Assembly (NCBI RefSeq): GCF_001194135.2
Contig: NC_068989.1
Location: 9,355,872 to 9,388,635, forward strand
Direction: 5' to 3'
From: Octopus bimaculoides
Lineage: Eukaryota
Length of the DNA stretch: 32,764 nt
Below the pieces are notes generated by a model. The model was not told where the DNA came from. It saw only the letters and a list, made by a program, of their open reading frames with translations, and ran no database searches. The first letter of the stretch is position 1, and each line of letters starts with the position of its first letter. Of this stretch, positions 23,272-32,764 are shown in pieces. Made by a program: the position numbers and the translations under genes.

Positions 23272-23829
23272 TTTTAGGGGTGATGTGGTTGCAGAAATTG
23301 TCTGACAGCCATGACTGTGTTCTCCTGCTTCTGTGGCAGGGTGCAGAGTCTTGTTTCATAGGGTCTTCCAGCAGTCATCCGCTTTACCCAGGCACTTGAT
23401 GGAGGCGCATCCTCCTCCAGGCACTTAATGTAGGCCTCTGTGTTGAGTCTGAGGCTGTATGGGAAGATGGAGGCATAACATTGCCATCCCTAGTGATCAC
23501 TCCAAGCACCATGATGTTGACTGGATGTTTGATTTTTATCACTCTCAGTACATGCCCTCAGATTGCACTGTCTTCAGATTGCACTGTCTTCAGATTGACA
23601 CCCGAACACTCCGAAATGTTCATATTGGAGCTTCCGGCATGAATGCCAAGCAGTACAACTAGTTATTTCTAAATTTCTGACAGAGTGAATTGTGTCATGG
23701 TGCTTTTTTTCTCACAGACGGTGCCCAACTGACCCTACTATAGTGTGAAGTCAACAAAATCAAAAACAAACAATGCACATGCACAAAATTAAAAATATAA
23801 AATGGCAACAATTACCCATTACACCTTGT
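23272..23829 (-). mobile_element. Internally deleted, 3'-truncated Tc1/mariner (maT, DD37D-type) copy 1
   Basis: Reverse complement aligns with 31808-32300; has a 5' TIR-like end (CACAAGGTGTAATGGGTAATTG), HTH-coding start and the same deletion junction. Confidence 0.85.
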
Positions 23830-23860
23830 GCGTGTATGTATTTGTATATATATATATATA

Positions 23861-23954
23861 TGACAGGCTCCTTTTAGTTTTTGTCTTCCGCATCCTCACA
23901 TGTCTTTGACTAGCAAAGATACTTTCCTGAGGTGCCATGCAGTGGGACTGAACC
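23861..23954 (-). mobile_element. Decayed SINE family A head
   Basis: GACAGGCTCC..AGTTT..GAGGTGCCATGCAGTGGGACTGAACC. Confidence 0.7.
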
Positions 23955-24882
23955 AAAAATTATATGGAATATTCCCTCAGATGTAGGGAGAATATTCTAT
24001 AATAGGTGTCATGTGAGCTTTGAAAAGAGTTAACACATATTAAGAGCAGAGGAGGAGAAACATAAAATATCGATACATCAAAATGAAAGTATGCAATTTT
24101 CTCATTATAGAATATTTTCAAAAAGGTCATAATACTTTCACGATATGTAACTGGATTAGCTGCATTTAATTATCAACATTTTAAGAGTTAATCATTAGTG
24201 TTACGTTATTGATCCCATTATAGGTGCATCTGCTACAGAATCCATAGAAAAAAAAATGAAATTCACAGGAATAAAAAAAAATTGCAAGCAAAATGTCACA
24301 GAAAAAATATCTCAGGAAAATTTCAATAAATGAACTAATTCAATTTCTTTTTATGATTTTATTGTTTTATTGATGATATTGATCCAAAATCTGATTCTTT
24401 TTCACAAGCATTTAATGCCATTATATATATATATTGTGTTGTCATTATGTATAAGTTATGTATTGTCATTTAGTGAGTTTAAAAAATTATTTTTTTAATT
24501 AATTAAACTATTATTTATGGTATTTAAATGAAATGTGACATTTTTTCCGGTAATAGTTTTTTTGTTTTGTTTCTTTCTAACTAAAATTGTGTCTTTTTTT
24601 TTTTTCTGTGTTCTGTAACTTATTTTATGGTAACTTAATTCCTCTGTGATTTTATTTCCATTCACCAACTAGCAATGCTGAGACATTCTGGGGAAGGAAG
24701 AAAAAGTTGTTACAAGAATTGGTGATAGTCAGAGCGTATTAATGCAATCAGACTGAGGTGAATGCCTGAAAAGAAATTGGTTTAATTTTTTTCCACAGCC
24801 ATATTGTTACATAAACCATTATTCTTTTATTTGTTTCAGTCATTTAACCGCAGCCATGCTGGAGCACCGCAAAGATATTGAA

Positions 24883-25215
24883 GGTGCATAGCTAAGTGGT
24901 TAAGGTATTCAGCTCATGGTCATACAGTCATGAGTTCAATTCCTGGTTACAGTCATGAGTTCAATTCTTGGCGATGCGCTGTGTCCTTGAGCAAGACACT
25001 TTATTTCACGTTGCTCCAGGCCACTCAGCCTGCAAAAGTGATTTGTATCTGTCATTCAAACGGCCAGCCTTGTCACATTCTGTGTCATGCTAAATCTCCA
25101 TGAGAACTATGTGAAGGGTACATGAGTCTGTGGAATACTCAGCCACTTGCATATCAGTTTCACAAGCAAGCTATTCTGTTGATCAGATCAACTGGAACCC
25201 TTGTCCTCATAACTG
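24883..25215 (+). mobile_element. SINE family C with a tandem 25-bp duplication of the B-box segment
   Basis: GGTGCATAGCTAAGTGGTTAAG..(TACAGTCATGAGTTCAATTC)x2..GTGTCCTTGAGCAAGACACTTTATTTCACG. Confidence 0.85.
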
Positions 25216-25351
25216 ACAGTGCCAGTTTTGCTTTTGCTTTTATTTACCAAAGGTCTGTGCCAACCAAATCCTTGTGAGTGAATTTAGTAAACAGAAACTG
25301 AAAGAGACCCATTGTGTATACATATTTATACATGTATGTATGTTCTGGGGA

Positions 25352-25776
25352 GGGGCAGATTCACACCTCACCTTGAAAATGTATATTTAGATTCCTAGGT
25401 TTTACATGTCGGACATTACAAATATGCAAAGAAAAAAAATTAATGAATTATTGTATATTGAAGTGTGGAAATTTCATTAATGCAGGTATATAAATGTACT
25501 TTCTATGTTCATTAAGCTAAACTGTAGAATTTGTTGTTTCGATATTGTTAAAATCCCCGTATTTTTCCACGTTACATACCTGCATTAATGAAATTTCCAC
25601 ACTTTAATATACAACAATACATTTAAAACTGGGGGTGGGGTTAACATTTTGAAAATCTTTTTTCTTTTTTTTTTCTGCATATTCGTAATTTCCGACATGT
25701 AAAACCTAGGAATCCGAATAAACTTTTTTCAGAAAATGCATTTTTCAATTTGAGATGCGAAGCTGCATTAGCCCCG
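25352..25776. repeat. Long imperfect inverted repeat (foldback or MITE-like)
   Basis: Inner arms 25451-25488 and 25577-25614 differ at 1 of 38 bases; outer arms from 25391 and to 25713 share 22 identical bases; looser similarity out to about 25355 and 25766. Confidence 0.85.
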
Positions 25777-26266
25777 CTTAATCTGTTAGAATGCCTGTTG
25801 TAAACAACTTATCATTTGAGGATACATGACACATTGGAATGTCATTAACGATTTTGTCTTTGGCGCCTTTTCTTTGACAGGTCATAGGTATATATATAGA
25901 TGGTCGGTCTAGTAACTAGTCAGCGGTCATGACACAGCTAGAATCAACTTGATGCAGGACTAACTTCACTCACACGGCTACGGAATTCGATGACAACTAC
26001 AACCCACTATCATTGCCGACACTCATCTCGCACGAACACAGACGAACCGATTCACTCGGTATAGATATCTCTTTCTGTTATCATCGCTACGATTATTATT
26101 ATTATTTTTTTTTTTTTTCTGTTAACGATTAATAAATAATATTGTATTTGAACTTCACAGAGATTTTTGTTCTTCTGCCAACCAACCAAATAATTTGTCG
26201 TTACATAAGTAACAGTTTTATATTTCGTTTCATTTAGTAAATTATTAATATTTTCCATCTCATTTA

Positions 26267-26507
26267 AGGTGGCAAGATGGCAGAAGTGTTAACATGCTGG
26301 GCAAAATACTTAGCGGCATTTCCTCCGTCTTTACGTTTTGAGATCAAATTCCACCAAGGTCAACTTTGCCTTCATCCTTTCGGGGTCGATAAAAAATACA
26401 ATTTCAGTGTCGATAAAATAAATACCAGTGGAGACCGGGGATCGATGTAATCGAGTTATACCCTCCCCCGAAATTATTGTCCTTCTACCAAAATTTGTTA
26501 CCAATAA
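26267..26507 (+). mobile_element. SINE family B with 17-bp target-site duplication
   Basis: ATTTTCCATCTCATTTA at 26250-26266 and 26508-26524 flanks AGGTGGCAAGATGGCAGAA..GAGATCAAATTCC..CTTTGCCTTCATCCTTTCGGGGTCGATAAA. Confidence 0.9.
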
Positions 26508-26662
26508 ATTTTCCATCTCATTTAGCAAAGTTTATTAATGTTTAAGACCAACATTAGCAAGCATAAGTGGTCATGATGTAAGTTTATTTACAAAGTAAAG
26601 TAATAGGAAATATTTAAAAAATTTTCCATATAGATACAGATTTCATGTAAGTAAAACTGTTT

Positions 26663-26664
26663 TA

Positions 26665-26710
<46 letters not shown>
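26663..26710. repeat. (ATT)n microsatellite
   Basis: Directly visible. Confidence 0.95.
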
Positions 26711-26737
26711 TAAAAGCAACAAATCACTCTTCAAATT

Positions 26738-26984
26738 TTTCATCGTAAATCTCTTCGGACGAAATTATAAACAACCAGAGAAGTTTAATTAGACAAATTT
26801 ATTATTTTTAAAAATGAACAAACTTCATCTTTCCTCGTAAATCTCACCGGACGAATTATGAACAACAAATTTGTCATCTTAACAACTTTCATCGTAAATC
26901 TATTTGGTAATTATAAACAACGAATCTAGTCCAATTAGAGAAATTTATTATCTTAGCAACAAGTCAACTTTCATCGTTAATCGC
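26738..26984. repeat. Degenerate tandem array of about 3.2 units (57-92 bp) starting TTTCATCGTAAATC
   Basis: Unit starts at 26738, 26830, 26887 and 26969; the three full units also carry AATTAT(A/G)AACAAC. Confidence 0.85.
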
Positions 26985-26999
26985 GCTAGTTTCTTTTCT

Positions 27000-27240
27000 T
27001 CTCGAAAAATATCCTTTAATCTGATGGATATCAACAACGCGGGTGTAATAGATATGAAACCGAATCGCTAAATTGCCGAGTATAAGCCACGGTTTAGCCA
27101 TAACCATTTCACGTGATAGGGCGATTAACTGACCAATGAGCATCAATCCATCACGTGATTCCACCTTCTAGGATTTTCTAAAATGTCTCCTAACGAGGTT
27201 AACAAATAGACGAGTTTTGGCGATAAATTTCAGAATGTTG
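27000..27240. promoter_or_regulatory. Candidate Pol II promoter: E-box, CCAAT, E-box
   Basis: TCACGTGA at 27109-27116 and 27151-27158, GACCAATGAG at 27131-27140, locally high CpG content. Confidence 0.55.
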
Positions 27241-27606
27241 GCAATCGGAAACCACATTCTCATTTTGCAGTATTTAACAGTTGCTTTAACGACTTCTTAT
27301 TCAACTGAGCAGACAGCAGCTACAGTTTTGCAATCATGGATTTAGCATGATTTTTCTCCAGTCATGACAGCTTTACTAACCAACTATTTTGTTACAACTA
27401 CAGAATCTTCTTTTCCATTGCGTATACTTTGTTGTTTGCATTATTGATTCACACCAACCTGGAAAATTTTCAACTAAAGTTTCTGTCAATGTTTATGAGT
27501 ATTGTGCATCAGTTATTCGCAGCCAGAACCCAGCTCAACCACCAGTACCTCTATATATCCTCCATTCGGTGACCTACGCGACAATTGCTGACTCTTCGTG
27601 AAATTG
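27240..27606 (+). other. Candidate non-coding first exon of a gene continuing beyond the window
   Basis: Unique, repeat-free, CpG-containing sequence ending in ATTG|gtaagc at 27607; no ATG-initiated frame reaches the donor. Start coordinate is approximate. Confidence 0.35.
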
Positions 27607-28059
27607 GTAAGCCCTCGCGACAAGGGCATTCTTATAAGAGAAATCATAACAAAATAGTCAAGATGAAAAGAAATTGACAAATCGAAGAATTCCGTTTATT
27701 TCTCTGCGTGAAAATAGGCTAATGCGCTCCACCCCACTACCTTAATGCAAAGGCATTAGAGGGCTATAGCTTCTGCAGAGCAACGGTATTGCTTGCAAAA
27801 AAAAAAAGTGACGAATCTATTTGCTCTTCAACTCGTGTGAAGCCATATATGAGTCTACTGCATAACTTGATGCAACAAGAAGAGACAAGTACTGATAAAG
27901 ACACCGGCCACAGAGTTTCCCCAGGATCTACAAAGAACAATAACGGAGAAACTAAAGTAGTGCCTGAAGATGATGCCAAGAAAGCCCACATAATCCTGGC
28001 CTCAATACCACCTCTCAAAGTAACGGTGGAGGAAAAAGAATTGTATGCGGCTGACTTTC

Positions 28060-28650
28060 TCAAGAGTTAAAAGAGAGTGTCTATACCATCTCCATAACTG
28101 AGGCAGCAGAGCAGATGCTAAAATATACGCAATTACCTCTCTGACATCACACGTTAGCAAAGTCAGAGAAAGCATTGTTAGAAGGAACCTGATGTTGTTC
28201 TCAGAAGAAAACGGCTTGCTCGCTAACACACAGTAAAACTAGAAAGGAGCTACCCAACACAGCTACTAAAGACTTATGACTGGGTACTAAATCAACAGCA
28301 CAGTCATTTAAATGTGGGTGTAATACATCTCGGCTTTGTAAAGGTCTTCAATAAAGTTGATCACGGAATATGTCACAAACTGTGTGACTTCAGACTAGTT
28401 AAAAAACTAGGGGAGTGACTGCATGATATTTTAAAATGTAGGCGCCAGGTAGTTGCAGTCAACAGTGTTCTCTCTGAGGAGACATCAGTTTGTTGCAGAA
28501 TCCCTTGGTAAAATCATTACTATTTGTGATGGATCTCTCAGAAAATACCCTTAGTCATACAGACAGCCACTCTCACGACAGAATGTAGCATAGGTAGTCA
28601 AATACCTTGACGATATGGTAAGACTACAGAAAGACCTGAATGTAATATTC
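28060..28650 (+). mobile_element. Decayed CR1-like LINE reverse transcriptase fragment
   Basis: GSRADAKIYAITSLTSHVSKVRESIVRRNLMLFSEENGLLANTQ (Y.PISLTS..K..E), HLGFVKVFNKVDHG (YLDF.KAFDKVDH), RRQVVAVN, DDMVRLQKDLNVI; many stops and frameshifts. Confidence 0.85.
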
Positions 28651-28654
28651 AGTT

Positions 28655-29420
28655 TCTTACTTTCGAAAATGATCAAAAGGTTCAGAACTATCGATGGTGA
28701 ATGGAATTAGCACACTATAAATTCGTTATAGAATATCGAGTAGGTTCAAGGAATGAAGCAGTGGATACGCTAACATAAAATATATTTTTCCTCTCGAAGT
28801 CATCTAGTCAGTTCTGTTTTATAGGATGCACTGCGATCTTTCACTTTTGTAAAATTCGTAACCTGCTATTTTCCCCTCAGAGATTTGCCAAATAACTGAG
28901 GACTGCCAAAGAACTCAAACTTCAAAGTTCTCTGACTTAAGATATACTAATCTATGGAACTAGACCATGGGAAATGCTATCCATGGACTTCGTTGGACCA
29001 TTTCCATCATGGATACATGAAAATCGATATTTTTTCATATTGATTGAAAATATACTTTTAAGTCTACCGCCTGTTTGTTTATACAACAGCTGATCTAGTT
29101 GGTTGAAATATGTTCGTGTAGGCATTAATGACGTTTATGGTGAAATGCCTTCGAACGCCCATGTCCTGATAGACAGTTGATTATGTTATCAGTCACCATC
29201 ACTCTTTTCTGTTTGCTTCACCAATTTACATTTATTCTGATGGAGGCACGCATGTCGCAAACGAAAGAAAAATCAACAAATTTCTCCTAAATCATAACGT
29301 CATAAAATCTTGTGCCACATTGCATCCCCTCCAAGGAAACGATCGGTGTAAATAATCAAATGGAATCCTTTTGAAGTTTAAATAGGTTTGGTCATTAAAT
29401 CACAGTTGGTAATACACAAC
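28655..29420 (+). mobile_element. Ty3/Gypsy LTR retrotransposon remnant A (RNase H end and integrase core)
   Basis: RW*MELAHYKFVIEYRVGSRNEAVDTLT (28692-28775), EDCQRT zinc-finger end, RPWEMLSMDFVGPFP (28962), LFASPIYIYSDGG (29209), HPLQGND (29323). RH-then-IN order is diagnostic of Gypsy. Confidence 0.85.
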
Positions 29421-29929
29421 ATTAGGGAGGCTCTGTGTGAAAGCGAGAATGACTACATTCATATTTACATATTTTTATTGCCCAGGACATTTGCATTTAC
29501 ATATGTCCAACAGTTATTTGAATAAAACAACATACATGCAATAGCAAACGTGATAGACACCATAAAATATTTTAGTAATTTATATGAAAATCGTTCAAGA
29601 TTATTAAAGACGGAATAAATAGAAAGAATGAGAACACCTTGTCCTAAAACTGAGTGACAGAGCTCAGTATTTCACTTGAAGCTGTTCTGTCTGGAAGTTC
29701 AATATCCCAGCTTTTTATAACATTTAGTCAAACTTCTAGAACTTTCGGCAAAACAATCTGGAGAGAAAAGTCACGAAATTTATTTTTAAGTCTACTGCAT
29801 GTTTAGATACATACCAGCCGATCTGATTATTTGGACCACGTTTACATTAGATTTAATACCGTTTATAGCGACACACTTAATTTATCGTGTATTGTATTAC
29901 TTTTTATGTCAATATAGTTAAGCCGTGGT

Positions 29930-31580
29930 CCTAAACTGGGGAATCTGAACGAAACGGTTTAAATTTCGGCAGAAACCTTGCTATGAAGTTAATAAAACTT
30001 GCACTTTGACAGCTTGTTCTGGATAAATCTCTACAGTTTGCTCTGTCATCTAGCTCAGAGATTATTAACCTGAACAGCAGCACCTCCTTGATGGAGTTGT
30101 GAGCTCTCAAGAGAGCTATAAATATGATGGGGACGCCATAGAACTGCTGGGCATTTAAAAGGATCATAATGTTTCGCAGAAATAAAATATTTAAATCCGG
30201 TATAATGCTTAGTTTTTAAACACTGATTACTCCTTTCAAATAAAACTGTTTCTACAAAGTGACGTTGAATCCAGAAAATGTTTTTCTTTGTTTCTTTTGA
30301 TTTTGTTTTACACTTTCTCAGAACGACTTATTTAGGACTAATTAATTCTTAGTCAATTTTTGCCAAAAATACTGTGGTGTGATCAAATGACTTGCAACTT
30401 GTGTGCAAGAAAAAATGTTGAATTCGCTTGTTTTTTTATATTTTCAGGAAAGGGCTTCCGGTAATTTAAAGAGTACTCGTCTATAGAATTTTTCTGTGAA
30501 TCTAACAAGACGTCACATCAATAACTGATTTTGGTGAGCTCCCAATACCAGGAATTTTATCACAGGAAACCATCTAGTGCTTTATTCATCAAGGAGGTTA
30601 ACCGCTACTAAATCGAATTATTTAAAAATTGATAAGGAAGCCTTAGCAATTACGAAACGCATTAACTTTTACATGGTAGGAATTTCCTAATAATTTCCTA
30701 ATCATGGAACCTTTTGATTGCTTGTTTAATTCATGCAAAGAACTTTTCAAAATTGACGTCTTCGAGAATACAGAGATGGGACAAACAGCTGACATTTGGT
30801 TTTGGCATTGCATACCTTCTGTATTTTACTTGTTTCAATCATTTCACTGCAGCCATGCTGGGGAACCGCCTTGAAGAATTTTCAATCGAATGAGTCGACC
30901 CCACTACAAATTTTTTAAAGCCCAGTACTTATTCCCCAGATCTCTTTTGCCGAACCACTAAGTGACGGAATGTAAACACACCAACACTGGTTGTCAAGTG
31001 GTGATGGTAGGGGGGGGGGCAAAAACACGTGCGCACAAACACGATATGTTTCTTTCGGTTTCCGTCTACCAAATCCACTCACAAGGCTTTGGTCGGCCCG
31101 AAGCTATAGTAAAAAAACACTTGCTCAAAGTGTCACGCAGTGGATGTGATCGAACCCAGAACTTCATCCTCGCGTTAACGTGCTCCCTCAATTAAATTCT
31201 AAGCCAAGATACTCGTTTGAAGAATGTTGATAGTAATTTTATGCGCACACTGAGTAGGAACTGATGTGTTATGTCTTCAAAGCAATCCTTTGGAAACAAT
31301 GCATGATATGATATTAAGCAAAACCATCTCCAGAACTAAAATGAATATCCGGAGAAATTGCTGCTTAATGTATGCTTGATCTTATGAGCAGGTCGAACAA
31401 GAATTAACTCAGGAAAACGGTATTATTAGAAATTGACCTTGTAGTTACGCCTGAAGTATCCAAGATGCCAATAATTAAAAGTTCATCATGATGTACATGG
31501 TGGCTTCACAAGCTACACGCAATCGTCGAAAGCCTGATGGCCTGGTTGTTCGCAGGATGTTGGGAACTGTGTAAAGTATT
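29930..31580 (+). mobile_element. Ty3/Gypsy remnant B (RT, connection, RNase H, integrase HHCC), interrupted by a SINE
   Basis: YLGLIN..QFLPK (about 30330), GILSQ, YSSRRLTATKSNYLKIDKEALAI (30583), FLHGRNF, SRIQRW (30762), ELTQENGII (31401), HHDVHGG..*WPG..QDV (31484-31560). The RT portion before 30300 is only weakly recognisable. Confidence 0.8.
30824..31163 (-). mobile_element. Decayed SINE family A inserted in Gypsy remnant B
   Basis: TTTTACTTGTTTCAATCATTT..CCAAATCCACTCACAAGGCTTTGGTCGGCCCGAAGCTATAGT..GTCACGCAGTGG. Confidence 0.9.
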
Positions 31581-31807
31581 TAAACCCTAACGATTCAAGG
31601 GGATGTGGAAATATTTAGCGGTTGTGCTAGAGTAAACGCAAGACAAACGAAATTGTCCTTATGAATAAATTCCTTTTGGTGAGAGCGTGTGTGTGTGTGT
31701 AGGTAATAACGAACGAGAGAAAAAGTACAAGTCATGTGCCATGACTTCTGAATTTTTTTGTACGAAAGCTTTTTCAGACAGCAGCTGAGCAGAACAATAG
31801 CAGCCGC

Positions 31808-32628
31808 ATGTCGCCATTGTTTGTTTTTGATTTTGTCGACTGCACATTACAGCACGGTCAGTGGGGCACTGTCTGTGAGAAGAACAGCACCATGACGCAA
31901 TTCACTCTACTTAAGATTTGGAAGCGACATGCTGTACAGCTTGACATTCATGACGGAAGCTCCAATACAAACATTTCAGAGTGTAAGGGCGTCAATCTGA
32001 GGACAGTGCAATCTGAGGACATGTACCGAGAGTGATAAAAATCAAACATCCAGACGACGTCATGGTGTTTGGAGTGATCACTAGTGGTGGTAATGTTATG
32101 CCTCCATTCATCTCCACACACGGCCTTACTCAATACGGAGGCCGACATCAAGTGCCTGGATGAGGTAGTGCTGCCCTGGGTCAAGAGGGTGGCTGCTGGA
32201 AGATCCTATGTCTGGCAACAGGACTCTGCACCATGCCACACAAGCAGGAGAACCCAGTCATGGCTGTCAGACAATTTTTGCGACCTCACCACCCTCTAAC
32301 ACCTAGCCACCTAACTCCCCAGACTGCAACTCCCTTGATTATTATATGTGGAGTACAGTTGAGCGAGACCAATAAAACTCCTTGTAACACCAAAGATGAA
32401 CTGAAGGCAAGGATTATGGCTGCATTCACCAACTTAAACAAGGAGGCCGCCCAGAAGAGTTGCAGGAGATTCCGAATTCGTCTAGAGGTCGTGGTTGAAG
32501 CCAATGGTGATTTTATTGAATAAATTTACTCTTTAGTATTTCAAGATATTTTTATGTAATTTTGGTAAATGAAACGTCAGTGATATTTTCATTTTTGCGT
32601 AATTTAGACAGTTTATTCACCACACTCT
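31808..32628 (+). mobile_element. Internally deleted Tc1/mariner (maT, DD37D-type) copy 2, frameshifted transposase
   Basis: MTQFTLLKIWKRHAV..GVNLRTVQ joined directly to VMVFGVITSGGNVMPP..WQQDSAPCHTSRRTQSWL..PNSPDCN.LDYYMW..VEANGDFIE*; about 37 residues between the 2nd and 3rd Asp after frame repair; 3' TIR-like end near 32600-32628. The 5' boundary is uncertain. Confidence 0.9.
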
Positions 32629-32637
32629 TTGTGTGTG

Positions 32638-32713
<76 letters not shown>

Positions 32714-32764
32714 TATAAACAATATATGAGTATATGCATATATATGTACATGTATGTATATACC
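32620..32764. repeat. (TG)(CA)n(TA)n microsatellite
   Basis: Directly visible. Confidence 0.95.

Noticed and set aside
26738-26984. CRISPR-like repeat-spacer array
   Set aside because: Eukaryotic context, degenerate repeats, spacers related to each other and no cas genes.
27789-28070. 93-aa ORF as a host gene exon
   Set aside because: It directly precedes and is co-oriented with the CR1-like RT remnant, so it is probably decayed LINE ORF2.

Overview
Eukaryotic, AT-rich, repeat-saturated genomic DNA with four assembly gaps (N runs at 2302-2710, 15941-16101, 17515-18481 and 20615-20690). The SINE families and dense microsatellites resemble an Octopus (coleoid cephalopod) genome; this is my inference and has not been checked against a database. 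No intact protein-coding gene can be identified, and nearly all ORFs in the supplied track are microsatellite, SINE or N-gap artefacts. What the sequence supports: (1) four tRNA-derived or related SINE families in many copies, two insertions with clear target-site duplications; (2) decayed RTE and CR1-like LINE fragments; (3) two separate decayed Ty3/Gypsy pol remnants at about 28.65-31.6 kb; (4) two copies of an internally deleted DD37D (maT-type) Tc1/mariner element sharing the same deletion junction, plus two mariner-derived MITEs; (5) two strong hairpin or foldback elements; (6) CpG-retaining promoter-like regions at about 5.65-6.27 kb (possible head-to-head gene starts) and 26.7-27.6 kb (tandem motif array, E-box/CCAAT/E-box, splice donor). 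Candidate micro-exons suggest an unidentified plus-strand gene across about 6.2-26.2 kb, at low confidence. I found no convincing new biological system. The best leads are the hairpins, the promoter motif array and the micro-exon chain.
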